The notes: generated from the letters alone by a model not told the origin. A stretch of DNA of 64,000 nt from Candidatus Obscuribacterales bacterium (GCA_965228855.1 CBDDIJ010000003.1:3694354-3758353); one strand, 5' to 3'; positions 10,677-20,983 are shown, numbered from the stretch's first letter. Program-made: numbers and translations.

Positions 10677-11102
10677 ATGCGCAAACCCAGACACTTAAAA
10701 CGCACTCGTGGAGCCAGTCTTGTAGAAGTAACGGCTGGATTGTTTTTGCTTCTTCCATTATTCCTGTGCATCATCGATCTTTCTGCCATAGTACTAGGAC
10801 AGATTACAAACGACTCCCTGGCTAAACGTGTCGCCAGAGCAGCAGCCCACCAGAATAATGCCAGTGCGGCGAGTGCGGCAGCTACCGCCGTTATCACTGC
10901 TACTGCGGTCAACGGGATCGTCTCGAGTCCAGCGCTCGTTAATATGAACTTCAACGACGTCAGCCCCGGAAATGTGATTTGTGAAACCAAAGTCCTCATC
11001 ACCATTCCCGCGCCCGTACCCTTCGTCCCGTTGCTACAGCGCAGTCGCGAGATGCGAGCCCGAGCGACTGAGCCGATAGTGATGCTTCCCGCACTTCCGT
11101 AA
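10677..11102 (+). CDS. TadE-like minor pilin
   Basis: RG|ASLVE site, TM helix, then ARAAA motif. Confidence 0.78.
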   Translation: MRKPRHLKRTRGASLVEVTAGLFLLLPLFLCIIDLSAIVLGQITNDSLAKRVARAAAHQNNASAASAAATAVITATAVNGIVSSPALVNMNFNDVSPGNVICETKVLITIPAPVPFVPLLQRSREMRARATEPIVMLPALP

Positions 11103-11770
11103 TGAAGAATCTACTTTCAAAGTCCCAGAACGCAAGTAATCATTCTCGAAATCTATTGTCGTTTTTCGCGGCGAGCCTTTTACTGGTTGCCGGAAATTTT
11201 TTCTCAGCGCACTTCGTGCACGCCGCTAATCAAAAGCAAATTGAGTGTTGCGAGAATTGTGAGAAAGGGGAAACGGCGAGCGCAAAAGCCAAAGAAAAAT
11301 TGCTAGCGCAGAAGAAGTCGATTCCGCTGACAGCGGCGAAACCAGCCCCCATTGCAGTCACGAAGCCGACAGCAAAACCCTCTCACGAGAAAACGCTTGC
11401 GGAGCGTCGCGACGAAAAGGTCACCATCAAATCTAATACCAAACAAATAGAACTGGTCGGCGAAGTCGTCGACACCTGGTGCTACAGCTCAGGTGTCATG
11501 GGAGAGGGTCGCGGAGAGAAACATCGAAAATGTGGAAGGCTCTGCGTCGGCGGAGGTGTCACAGCCGGAATTCTAACCGACGACGGCACACTATACATAG
11601 CCGCCAAACATCAGGGTTATAACGGCTGTGCCGGTCTGCTTCTACCGTATGTGGCCGACCGTGTGAAGGTGAGCGGTTGGCTCGCGGAGCGCGGAGGCGT
11701 CAAACTGTTGAAGATTCTCAAGGTTGAACGGGTGAAAACACCTGCCAAAACGAATACCAAGCATCCTTGA
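11102..11770 (+). CDS. Exported Cys-containing hypothetical protein
   Basis: Signal peptide; C-terminal domain GEVVDTWCY...HRKCGRLCVGGG. Confidence 0.7.
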   Translation: MKNLLSKSQNASNHSRNLLSFFAASLLLVAGNFFSAHFVHAANQKQIECCENCEKGETASAKAKEKLLAQKKSIPLTAAKPAPIAVTKPTAKPSHEKTLAERRDEKVTIKSNTKQIELVGEVVDTWCYSSGVMGEGRGEKHRKCGRLCVGGGVTAGILTDDGTLYIAAKHQGYNGCAGLLLPYVADRVKVSGWLAERGGVKLLKILKVERVKTPAKTNTKHP

Positions 11771-12998
11771 GCTTCCATCCGATGTCATTTTTTCGATTCT
11801 TCATTTTGCGGTCTAAACGCACATAGTTTTTTGTGATTTCTTTATCCTGAGGAGCGAGGGCGCTGGCGCGGCGGTACAAATCAAGCGCTTCTCGGTAGTT
11901 TCGAAAGTGGGTTTCGTAATCAAGGCCAAGGCGGTACATTCCGCGCGCGCGAGTCAGCGTATCCGAAATTTGTGCAGGACAGTTGTGCAATCCGAGCTGA
12001 TACTGTGCCATTGCACGAGTGGGTCGACCTAGACGATCGTAAATATCACCTAAAGCTAAACGAAAAAATCTGCAACGCCAGGATTTATCAACTTGCGTGG
12101 ATGTGGACAGAACAATCTTCTCGCTATCCGCATCGGGTACTCGCTGCATCAACTCAAACACGACTGCCTTGGACGCATCCATGTCTTTAGCCTGCTGTTT
12201 CATGCAGAGAAGGTCTAGTAAGGCAGTCTCAAGCGCTTCTTTGTCCTTGTTCATTATCCGCAGTTGCCGGGTTGCTACTTGAGCTGCGAGTTGATCGCAC
12301 GGAGAGGTGCGTGCTGCAGTCAGGTAGCACTGCACCGCCTCCTCTCCGCGCCCCATTTTGGAAAGCACTTCTGCCTTCACCAGGTTGGCGCGAGAATCGT
12401 CGGGATTGGCGTGCAAATCCCACTCCACAGCCTCGAGCGCCTCATCAAACTTTCGGTGAGCCATTCGGATTTGAGCTAAATTAGCTCCATAACCTTCACC
12501 CTTCCGCCCGGCTTTGGCGGCCAGCAGGAAAAACTGTTTAGCCCGTTCTCTCTGACCGCCGCGGTCCAGAGCAAGACCAAGCTGAAACAGCTTCTCCCCG
12601 TCTTTAGCAAGCAGTCTTGCACATGCGTCAGCGTCTTTCAGAGCTTCTTGTGGGTCATTCATGCGCAGATAGATAAGGCACCGCCTGTAGTGACCGAGAC
12701 CGAACGTCGGGTCGCTTTTAATGGCGCGATCCAGTGCATCAATCGCCAGCTGCTCAAAACCCTTTAGCTCGAAGTATTGGGCAAGAAGGTAATTCGCTTG
12801 AACATTTCCGGGCTGAGATTCAACGATACCAGACAGTTCCGACAGGTCGCGCTCCGTTGCCGTCGATTCTTTTATCCGCTTTTCGATAGCGGGAAATGAG
12901 TAATCAGCCGCCCCGCCCTGCGCAAAAGCCAGAGGCGGCGCGACCAGCAGTGCGACTAGCAAAAGACTAGCCGCGGCGAGGACAGTCTTCCGCATCAT
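11718..12998 (-). CDS. Exported TPR protein
   Basis: Signal peptide (AFA) and multiple TPR units (ALDRAIKSDP, YRRASALAP). Confidence 0.85.
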   Translation of the reverse strand: MMRKTVLAAASLLLVALLVAPPLAFAQGGAADYSFPAIEKRIKESTATERDLSELSGIVESQPGNVQANYLLAQYFELKGFEQLAIDALDRAIKSDPTFGLGHYRRCLIYLRMNDPQEALKDADACARLLAKDGEKLFQLGLALDRGGQRERAKQFFLLAAKAGRKGEGYGANLAQIRMAHRKFDEALEAVEWDLHANPDDSRANLVKAEVLSKMGRGEEAVQCYLTAARTSPCDQLAAQVATRQLRIMNKDKEALETALLDLLCMKQQAKDMDASKAVVFELMQRVPDADSEKIVLSTSTQVDKSWRCRFFRLALGDIYDRLGRPTRAMAQYQLGLHNCPAQISDTLTRARGMYRLGLDYETHFRNYREALDLYRRASALAPQDKEITKNYVRLDRKMKNRKNDIGWKLKDAWYSFWQVFSPVQP

Positions 12999-13558
12999 TT
13001 GTGGGAAAGTTTGAAACTGATCCGCAAGTCCGTTCTGTAAGTTTTGTCTTTACACGGCGAGACGTTAACGGTGACATTGTTACTGCCATGCTGACCTGTG
13101 ATTGTAGAGAGCGCGCCACTGCCAGTGGTTTTTACTTTCCACTGATAGCTTTTCAGCGCATCTTCGTACCAGCCCAGCACCACATCCGGTGCCTCCTTGG
13201 CCCGATATGTCATCGTCACTGCCGCACCGCCAGGCTTGTTGGGATAGAGCAAGCCCTCGGTAAATAGAGTTCCCGCTCCTGTGTAGCGAGGCAGATCCGG
13301 CAAATCCATCGGCTGTTTCAACAACCGCCAGGCAGCCTCACCGGTGCCACCAGACTCAGCGCGTTGTGCCAACATCCAGCGCTGGCGCTCACGGTAAGCC
13401 TTCGCATCTTCGCGAGCCTTAGCCTCGGCTTGTGCGGGCGACAACGATGTTGTCTTCGCTTGTTGAGAGGCTTTCGTCTCAGCTGCCTGTGCCGGTGACA
13501 CCTCGGGCGCGGCAAGACAAACCGCCATCAAAAGTGCGACTTCAATTTTGCGCATCAT
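12995..13558 (-). CDS. Exported hypothetical protein
   Basis: Signal peptide (AQA); overlaps the start of the downstream gene by 4 bp. Confidence 0.75.
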   Translation of the reverse strand: MMRKIEVALLMAVCLAAPEVSPAQAAETKASQQAKTTSLSPAQAEAKAREDAKAYRERQRWMLAQRAESGGTGEAAWRLLKQPMDLPDLPRYTGAGTLFTEGLLYPNKPGGAAVTMTYRAKEAPDVVLGWYEDALKSYQWKVKTTGSGALSTITGQHGSNNVTVNVSPCKDKTYRTDLRISFKLSHK

Positions 13559-13602
13559 CAGTCTAAGCGAGCTCCTTTTGTTTAGACAAAGCCGCTTCTA
13601 CT

Positions 13603-15639
13603 TTAGCACGGGCAGCAGAACTGTCCGCCGCCGTTTGCACGGTTGCGCAGCTTGAGAACGCCCATGATATTTCTGAAGCCGGACGATGGAGTCCAAACCG
13701 CCGAGTCGTTGCCCACTGCCTGGGAATCGAGAGGGCAATCCCACGGGTGAGGGTAGCCGCACTCGCCACTGCAGTTGGTGATGTTGTCGAGCGTGAAGTT
13801 GCCAGAAGAATAGTTCTGTGGATTGCCATCGGGCAGATTCAAACCGGGCATCGAGAGGTCCGGAAGTGGCCACGGAGGCAGGCTGGTGCTCAGAACAATC
13901 TGGTTGCTGCTCGGATTGAGATATATGTAGCTGACGCGATTGAAAGCCACGGTGGAGTTCAAGACACCGTTAATTTCAGCGTCGCCTGCACCAGGTTTCA
14001 TCTGGCGCATGTACGTTCTCAACTGCGGAACAATACCTGATGACTGAGTTTGTTGCAGAAGCTCACTGAGCTTGCCTTCTCGAATCTGAGTCAAACCGCA
14101 ATCATTTCGGTTGTAATACTTCAAACCGGTGTTGTTAGCATTCGCGTTGATTGTCGCGCATTCGGAGCCGGAAGCACGCTCAGCGCAGATGTCGAGGTGG
14201 TACTTCTCGACAGCCATCAGGTTGTTCACTGGATTACCGTTGGCTCCAGGATCTCCGGGCTGACCGTAAGTAGATATGAACTTATCCAGGTTACAGGGCT
14301 GTCCGCCATCCGACGTCATCGTGGTGGACGGAGGTCCGCCCTGCGCATGCGTCGTCGAGCCGTTGGTGCACTTCGAGACACCGTTGCCATGGACGAAATT
14401 GATAAATCCCTGGTCTTGAGCAAGTGCAGATGGATTGGAATTGAAGTTACCGTAGCTATCGATACCAGCTGAATTCAACTTGCTAGCCAGTTGGGATTGA
14501 GCAGTCGGATCGCCGCTTTGAAGAGCGTTCAAGTTGGAATCCACAAAGTTCTTCACATCGGAGAGCGTGTTGCCACCACCTGATTGATCGGCAATAAGTC
14601 CGGTATTGGAGTTGCCACCAAGAACCTCCACATAGTTGGGACTCATTAGCTTATCTTGCCAGATGTCGAACCCGCCGCCGTATTGCGTACCGCTCAAGCT
14701 GCCGGTGTTGTCAACCACGATGACACCGCGACGAATATCGCCGGGAAATTGCTTGTCGAGCGAGCCTACGAGCGACATAGCCAGTGCTCTTGAGTTTTGT
14801 GCGCTGGCGGTTTTATCCTGCGCGCGACCGGCCGAACGATATGCGTTGGGTGGGACATAAGCCGGGATCTGTCCTCTGCTTTGCTCGGAATTGAAGTTCC
14901 GTTGCGACACAAGGTGAGGAGGCAGACCTGGTCTTAAAGGAACGCCCCAAACCCCAGTCGGTCCATTGGCAGCCAGGAGAGTATATCCACGAAGGAAGCG
15001 ACGTCCTGCCGGCTGACCGCTCACTGTCGTCGAATTAGAGTCATTAAGCGGAGGTCCGCCCGATAGAATTTGGTTGGTTTCAAGAAATACGTTTGTAGCA
15101 GCGCCTCTGGCCATCAATGAAATGGCGTGTTCGGTGCCAACGTGGAAAACCGGGTTGCTCGCCGCTTCGAACATTCTCATCGCGTGATTCTGCGCGACGT
15201 TTCCAAAGTGTCCATCGAAGTTGCTCGAATTGCTCAGTTCGTTGTTTAACCTATCGCTGATGCCCTGCAACAAAGTCATCATCTGCGCAGCATGTGCATT
15301 AGCTTGTGCCGTATTGAGTGCCTGAGCATTTGCGGAGACCAGATAGGTCTGCGCAACCAGTTTGTTAAAAGTCAAAAGATTGACTTCACCTGTATCCGTA
15401 TCATCCGAATCACCGAAGTGATTGATCTCATCTCCGCTCTGAAGCACCGTACCCGGATGCCTCAAAACTTGCTTGGCGACGTTGAGGTTGCCCGCGTCAG
15501 TGGCGTGCTGGAGCTCTTGTCCGCCGCCGAGCTGCATGATCATGAACAGCAAGCCGATTCCCAGAATCACAAGAACAAGCGCGCATACGACTACTAGAGC
15601 CAGTAAGGCACCTTTTTTAGAGCGACGACGTCCAGACAT
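13603..15639 (-). CDS. Large TadG-like pilus-associated protein, candidate tip adhesin
   Basis: RRSKKG|ALLAL N-terminus with TM helix followed by QELQHATDAGNL (Tad-type); Gly/Asn/Ser-rich body with a Cys-rich end. Confidence 0.72.
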   Translation of the reverse strand: MSGRRRSKKGALLALVVVCALVLVILGIGLLFMIMQLGGGQELQHATDAGNLNVAKQVLRHPGTVLQSGDEINHFGDSDDTDTGEVNLLTFNKLVAQTYLVSANAQALNTAQANAHAAQMMTLLQGISDRLNNELSNSSNFDGHFGNVAQNHAMRMFEAASNPVFHVGTEHAISLMARGAATNVFLETNQILSGGPPLNDSNSTTVSGQPAGRRFLRGYTLLAANGPTGVWGVPLRPGLPPHLVSQRNFNSEQSRGQIPAYVPPNAYRSAGRAQDKTASAQNSRALAMSLVGSLDKQFPGDIRRGVIVVDNTGSLSGTQYGGGFDIWQDKLMSPNYVEVLGGNSNTGLIADQSGGGNTLSDVKNFVDSNLNALQSGDPTAQSQLASKLNSAGIDSYGNFNSNPSALAQDQGFINFVHGNGVSKCTNGSTTHAQGGPPSTTMTSDGGQPCNLDKFISTYGQPGDPGANGNPVNNLMAVEKYHLDICAERASGSECATINANANNTGLKYYNRNDCGLTQIREGKLSELLQQTQSSGIVPQLRTYMRQMKPGAGDAEINGVLNSTVAFNRVSYIYLNPSSNQIVLSTSLPPWPLPDLSMPGLNLPDGNPQNYSSGNFTLDNITNCSGECGYPHPWDCPLDSQAVGNDSAVWTPSSGFRNIMGVLKLRNRANGGGQFCCPC

Positions 15640-15893
15640 TGAGAGAACCTCTTAGAGAGTGAATGAGTTTCCGGTCCGTACTCCCGAAGGTTGGTGGGAC
15701 ACAGGGTTTACACTGGTAATGCCTATCTTAACAAAGTTTAATTTTAAGCCCGACACGCCAAGTGGTCAAGTAAAAAGTGCACAGTTTCCCAAAAATACTA
15801 GGGGAATTGTATGAAAACGCCCAATCATTGGCAATTTCGTGAATGACATTGTAAATGAGAATCGAGTCAGGGCGCACAATATCAGTGGTGTAA

Positions 15894-16670
15894 TCACCCG
15901 GATTTTTTCTCCAGATGCGCGCGCACTCGAGTCAGATTCTTCTCAGTCTGCGTCACAAGGGCTGGTTCGGTCTTTCTTCGGATCGCCAGCGCCTCTTCAT
16001 ATCGACTCTCCGCTTCCTTCCACAAACCTTTCTTTTCCGCCAGTTCTCCGAGTAAACACAAACTGACAGCTACATGCGGATGATTGGGTCCAAAATGTTC
16101 GCGACGAATCTCGAGCTGTTCCAACAACAGCGGTCCCGTGTCTGCGCACCGATCCTGCGCACACGCCGCCGATATACATAGGTTGAGACCTTCCAACAGT
16201 TTCTCACTCTTCGGATCACAACACTCGCGCTCCAAACGCAAAGCCTCTTGAGCAGCGATTTGAGAGTTCGAAAAATCTTTCTTGCGGTAAAACAGCTTGG
16301 CGCTCTGTTTGTATAAAGGGATCAGCTGTTCGTTATTATCTCCACCAGCCTTCGCCGAAGCGATAGCAGCATCAATAGCAGCTCTTGCGCCTTCTGAATC
16401 GCTCAGTTCCTGATTGACTTCAGATAGATCCAGATAAATGGGCGCAAGCAAAACGCCATCGACGCGCTTATCGACAGCTTCCTTCAGACCTTGAGATATA
16501 AACCGCTTGGCGTCACGGTAAGCACCTTTATGCATCTCGATCCGACCGGCGCGAACCGAGTCCTTCCAGCCGGGAGCCGCCTGCGATTGCGTGCATGATA
16601 CTGAGCCCGAAACGGTAAATAGAACCAAACAAAATATATGGAATTTGCGCTTCACTTTGCTCGTCTTCAA
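15894..16670 (-). CDS. TPR protein with kinesin-light-chain-like repeats
   Basis: FGPNHPHVAVSLCLLG and EAESRYEEALAIR. Confidence 0.85.
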   Translation of the reverse strand: MKTSKVKRKFHIFCLVLFTVSGSVSCTQSQAAPGWKDSVRAGRIEMHKGAYRDAKRFISQGLKEAVDKRVDGVLLAPIYLDLSEVNQELSDSEGARAAIDAAIASAKAGGDNNEQLIPLYKQSAKLFYRKKDFSNSQIAAQEALRLERECCDPKSEKLLEGLNLCISAACAQDRCADTGPLLLEQLEIRREHFGPNHPHVAVSLCLLGELAEKKGLWKEAESRYEEALAIRRKTEPALVTQTEKNLTRVRAHLEKKSG

Positions 16671-16867
16671 TTCCCGCCGACATGCAGTTTCTCACTTTGC
16701 ATACAAACAACTATACGCGCTATGAGCGAGAAAGAAAAAAATCGATATCAAGTTTTATTCGGCGTGATACAAACCCTTCGAAACGGTGTTTATTCGACAC
16801 CTGATGGTCGTTAAGATATACTCGGAACGTAAGACAGTATTTCATCTCTAGAGAAGGCACGGAAAAG

Positions 16868-17431
16868 TTGAACGCCGAGAATGAAAACAAAGATAATTCG
16901 CCTGAGACCAAAATCGCGGATGCTGATGCGACGTTGAAACTCGAGGCAACTAGTGAACCCACTACCGCCGAAATCGCGACTGCAAGTGCGTCTTCGACGA
17001 CGGCGAACACCGGCAGACGGGAAGACCGGAAAAATTGGGCAACGAATGTCAATCAAACACTCGACTACATTGGCAAGATCAGCAATGACAAGAGTTTGCA
17101 TTTCCGCTCGTCAGACAAGCTGACCTCCAAGCTTTTGATAGGCGCTTTTCTACTCGCAGTCGGTTTTGCTGCGCTGCCGTTCTTCGAGATGAACGCAATC
17201 GCCGCAATCGCGTATTTGCTGGCCGATGTGCTTCTGTTCGGAGCAATTCTCGTTTTTGTAATCAGCAGATTCGGAATTATCCGGGCGATGGATCCGCGGC
17301 ACGCACTGGTGTGCTGGCATCTCATGGTCGGCACAGGATTACTTGCACTGGTTATCGGCTTCAACATTGTGGCCGCGTGTGTTGTTGTTATGATGAGAGA
17401 AAGGCTGCAGTTGCTATTCCCCGGTGGTTAG
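16868..17431 (+). CDS. Membrane protein (3 TM helices)
   Basis: Acidic N-terminal tail then three hydrophobic helices; first gene of a tight + strand cluster. Confidence 0.7.
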   Translation: MNAENENKDNSPETKIADADATLKLEATSEPTTAEIATASASSTTANTGRREDRKNWATNVNQTLDYIGKISNDKSLHFRSSDKLTSKLLIGAFLLAVGFAALPFFEMNAIAAIAYLLADVLLFGAILVFVISRFGIIRAMDPRHALVCWHLMVGTGLLALVIGFNIVAACVVVMMRERLQLLFPGG

Positions 17432-17432
17432 G

Positions 17433-17867
17433 ATGCTCTCCAAAATTTTTCGTCTGTCTGGCTTTGCTTTGAGTTTGCTCGCGGCGACCATCGTTACGTC
17501 TACCATCGATTCCTCGACCCCGATGGAAAGCGCTTACGCAGCGAGCGGGAATGGCGAAGTGGAGCGCGGAAGCGCAAGCAGTTTTCCATATGCGCGACTG
17601 GACTTTCAAGTCAAAGCCTCCTGCGTTACCTGTCTTCGTCGCGTAGCCAAAGCATTGAAAGCCACTAAGGGTGTGGTTAACGCTGATGTGTCTATCTACA
17701 ATCCGCACTGGGCCGTAGTCATTATCGACACCTCAGCGACAGACAGTGATAAAGTAATCGCAAAAGTGAAAAAAGAGAAAGCGGATATCGACAAACTTGT
17801 CAAAACAGATCTGAAAGAGAAACCGCTCCTCGTTGTTCCTCGCTCGGATGCACCCGTGAAACAGTGA
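17433..17867 (+). CDS. Exported heavy-metal-associated (HMA) domain protein
   Basis: Signal peptide; SCVTCLRRVAKALKATKGVVNADVS matches the HMA CxxC pattern. Confidence 0.82.
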   Translation: MLSKIFRLSGFALSLLAATIVTSTIDSSTPMESAYAASGNGEVERGSASSFPYARLDFQVKASCVTCLRRVAKALKATKGVVNADVSIYNPHWAVVIIDTSATDSDKVIAKVKKEKADIDKLVKTDLKEKPLLVVPRSDAPVKQ

Positions 17868-17868
17868 G

Positions 17869-18681
17869 TTGAACATGGCTTCCCGAGCGCTGTTTCAGAG
17901 AAGACTGGTTACGACATCTGTAGGGTTTTTGTTATGCCTGGCAGCGACATCCTGCACAATCGCAGCGAAGAAAGCACCGCATCTTTCATTTACTCCTGAT
18001 GTTGTGGACATAGGAAAGGTGGAAGAGGGAAGTGAGGTGCCTACCTTTTTCACGCTCACAAACACTGGCACGGAGCCACTCAAGATACACGAGGCGACTT
18101 CGAGCTGTGGCTGTACCGTTCCGGATCTAAAACAGCAGGAGTTGAAGCCGGGCGAAAGCACCAAACTCGATATCATAGTCGATACAACGATGAAGCAGGG
18201 TAATGTCACTAAGACGGTCGAAGTATCATCAAACGATCCAGAGGCGCCGGTTGTTTCACTCCCTATCAAAATGAACATTGCGAACCGGCATGAAGGTTTG
18301 ACAGATGATGGGCGAGTGAAGATTTTCACCGACGAAAAATGCAACAGTTGCCACGTCTTGCGTGGCGTCGGGCTGGGCGGCAAAGACTTATTCGAAGCAG
18401 ACTGCGCCATGTGTCACGGCGAGGATGCCAAAGGTGCTGTTGGTGGAGCTTTGATATTTGGAAACTACAACGATCCGAAGTACGAGAAACATATCCGCGA
18501 CGTAATATCTTATGGAAGCAAGACCCACCGCTCGATGCCAGGCTTTTTAGACAAGGCCGGCGGACCTTTGGTGCAGGAGCAAGTTGATTCGCTCATCAAA
18601 TATCTGAAAGAATTATCCGAAAAGGAAAAGACGAAGGCTGAACCGGGTAACACTGTCAAAGACAAAAAGGAACCACATTGA
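17869..18681 (+). CDS. DUF1573 (Ig-like) domain fused to c-type cytochrome
   Basis: NTGTEPLKI...SSCGCT...LKPGES; two CxxCH motifs (CNSCH, CAMCH) and a distal MP. Confidence 0.85.
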   Translation: MNMASRALFQRRLVTTSVGFLLCLAATSCTIAAKKAPHLSFTPDVVDIGKVEEGSEVPTFFTLTNTGTEPLKIHEATSSCGCTVPDLKQQELKPGESTKLDIIVDTTMKQGNVTKTVEVSSNDPEAPVVSLPIKMNIANRHEGLTDDGRVKIFTDEKCNSCHVLRGVGLGGKDLFEADCAMCHGEDAKGAVGGALIFGNYNDPKYEKHIRDVISYGSKTHRSMPGFLDKAGGPLVQEQVDSLIKYLKELSEKEKTKAEPGNTVKDKKEPH

Positions 18682-18682
18682 G

Positions 18683-19561
18683 ATGGCACACACGCAAAAT
18701 TTGTCCAACTTGATCGCGAATTGGAACGGGCAACTGATGCCTCTGACAGAGGTCAAAGTGTCGGTCCTGGACCGGGGATTCCTTTTTGGTGACGCAGTCT
18801 ACGAAGTCATTCGCCTGTATGGTGGCAAACTTTTTCGAGTAGAGGACCACCTGAGCAGGCTGTCCGACAGCTTGAATTCAATCGACATCAAAGGTGTCGA
18901 TTCCGGGAAGATTAGATCGATGCTCAAGGCGACCATTCGAGAGAGTGGTCTGGATAACGCGCTCGTCTATCTTCAAGTCACCAGAGGTGAAGCACCGAGA
19001 ACTCATCACTATCCTGATTCTTACATGCCAAATATTCTGATGTATGCGTCACCGTTCAACAACCCATACGCAAAGGAGCATGAGACAGGCGTCTCGGCAG
19101 TCACGCATCCGGACATTCGCTGGGGCAGAAACGATATCAAGGCCACAAGTTTGCTAGCTAACTGCATGGCGGCGGACTATGCAAAACGGCACGGCGCGAT
19201 GGAAGTAGTGTTCATCGACGCCGACGGTATCATGACTGAGGGCAGTCACACATCTCTGTTTGGAATTTTGAACAACAAGCTTGTGGTATCACCTTCATCA
19301 TCAAAAGTCCTGCCCGGAATCACCAAGCGGCAGGTGCTTGAACTCGCGAAGGAAACGAATGTAGAGCTTGATGAGCGACGCTTGAAGGAAAACGAGATTT
19401 ACGAGTTGGACGAGTTCTTTCTAGCAGGAACACCGGAAGAATTGATTTCGATTACAAAAGTGAACGACAAACAAATTGGCGATGGAAAACCGGGACCAAT
19501 GGTAAAGAAACTCCACCAGTCATTCCGCGATAGTGTCAGTAAGCACCTTACGAGCCTGTAG
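18683..19561 (+). CDS. dat: Class IV PLP aminotransferase (D-amino acid transaminase-like)
   Basis: DRGFLFGDAVYEV, YLQVTRG, DIRWGRNDIK and LPGIT motifs. Confidence 0.88.
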   Translation: MAHTQNLSNLIANWNGQLMPLTEVKVSVLDRGFLFGDAVYEVIRLYGGKLFRVEDHLSRLSDSLNSIDIKGVDSGKIRSMLKATIRESGLDNALVYLQVTRGEAPRTHHYPDSYMPNILMYASPFNNPYAKEHETGVSAVTHPDIRWGRNDIKATSLLANCMAADYAKRHGAMEVVFIDADGIMTEGSHTSLFGILNNKLVVSPSSSKVLPGITKRQVLELAKETNVELDERRLKENEIYELDEFFLAGTPEELISITKVNDKQIGDGKPGPMVKKLHQSFRDSVSKHLTSL

Positions 19562-19595
19562 CGAGCAGAAGGAAACAGCCGACAGCAAGCTTTAA

Positions 19596-20378
19596 CTACT
19601 GCGCTCCCAACCACTGGTCGTAGGCGCCCTTGTTTAAATCCGAGTCTTTCGCTCCGGCACTTTGCAGAGCTCCCGCAGATGTTTTATGAGCACGAGTGGA
19701 ACTAGACGAGCTTGATGGTGCACCGGAAGCAGCTTTACGAGCGGTTTTAGACGAGGCGCCAGCAGCTTTCGATGCAGCTCCGTTCTTCCCACCTGCCGGT
19801 TTCACACCAGTCACCGCTGGTGGTGCAATCTCTTTTCCGTCGATTGTATAGCCACGAGCCTTCAAAATCTTCTTCATTCCATCAATATTGCTTTCCATAT
19901 GGGTTTTCTCTTCTTGCGGAATGCCGTCACACTTCATCGCACGAACGAAACACTTGTACGCCTCCGGAAATTTTTCCTGAGCCATGAGCATATTGCCGAG
20001 ATTCGCCCAGCCGGTCCAGTCGGAATCATTCATCTCAACAGCCTTCCTGGAAGCTTCTTCAGCTTCAGGCAGATGTCCCATTTTTCGATAAGCGACGGCA
20101 AGGTTTAAATAAACATCCGCATCGTACGGATAAATATTTATCGCGTCGATATACTTCTCTGCCGCCTTTTCGTACCACTCCTTAGCCAGGTACTTATTGC
20201 CCAAGTTGTAGTGAGGGAGCGCATCGGCATATTTCATGCGATTGCCCTTACCGGGAAAACCTTCGGCGTCGGCCGCCGGGCTCAATGTAAACATGAGTAG
20301 GGTTACAAAAGCGGAAGTGGCTAGTAATGCTCGTTTTATAACAAATTGCTGTTTCGATCTCATAGCACAAGAGTACAA
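19596..20378 (-). CDS. Exported TPR protein
   Basis: HYNLGN, YLNLAVAY and WANLGN TPR units after a signal peptide. Confidence 0.85.
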   Translation of the reverse strand: MYSCAMRSKQQFVIKRALLATSAFVTLLMFTLSPAADAEGFPGKGNRMKYADALPHYNLGNKYLAKEWYEKAAEKYIDAINIYPYDADVYLNLAVAYRKMGHLPEAEEASRKAVEMNDSDWTGWANLGNMLMAQEKFPEAYKCFVRAMKCDGIPQEEKTHMESNIDGMKKILKARGYTIDGKEIAPPAVTGVKPAGGKNGAASKAAGASSKTARKAASGAPSSSSSSTRAHKTSAGALQSAGAKDSDLNKGAYDQWLGAQ

Positions 20379-20403
20379 GATTTCGGGGTATCATGGAAGC
20401 ATT

Positions 20404-20940
20404 ATGATTGACGATGAAAGAGAGCAATTTGACCCGCAGGCAGAGGACGAGCCCGTTTGGCTTGCCGCTGCCAACACCATTATCTCACTGACGATGGCGG
20501 TCGCTTTTCTGCTCCTGATCCCGTGGCGCAGTTACTACGAGCATCATTTGCTCTGGGACGACGCGACCGGAATGGCGCTGTTCTTCGGTGTCATCACTGT
20601 GTTAAATTCAATTTCTCTGGTGGTTCGTACCCGCGCGGTCGACGTCGCGCACGCGAAATGGACACAATTAGACAACAGATTTGTGTCGATGAGTTTATCG
20701 ACCCTCGCCAACACCCTCTTTTCCGGCGGGCTGGCAATCTGGTGCGTGCGCGAAGACCTGAACATCGATAGAGCGATTTGTTACTTAATCACCGCACTTG
20801 GTACATTCGGTCACACTGCATTGTTTGCAAAACGCTGGGAACACTCCAAGGCACGAGCTGATGGATTAATAACCACCATTTACGGTGTGCTCTCTATTGT
20901 TATCACGCTAACGTTTATGTTCAACCAGGACCTGTTTTAG
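20404..20940 (+). CDS. Membrane protein (about 5 TM helices)
   Basis: Hydrophobic helices; start set to ATG 20404 to avoid overlapping the divergent gene. Confidence 0.72.
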   Translation: MIDDEREQFDPQAEDEPVWLAAANTIISLTMAVAFLLLIPWRSYYEHHLLWDDATGMALFFGVITVLNSISLVVRTRAVDVAHAKWTQLDNRFVSMSLSTLANTLFSGGLAIWCVREDLNIDRAICYLITALGTFGHTALFAKRWEHSKARADGLITTIYGVLSIVITLTFMFNQDLF

Positions 20941-20983
20941 TCGCAGACTGTCGATTCCGGACGGAGAACGGGTATTCGTGAAC

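Noticed and set aside
10124..11005. 293-aa minus-strand ORF
   Set aside because: Antisense shadow of two TadE-like genes; no motifs of its own
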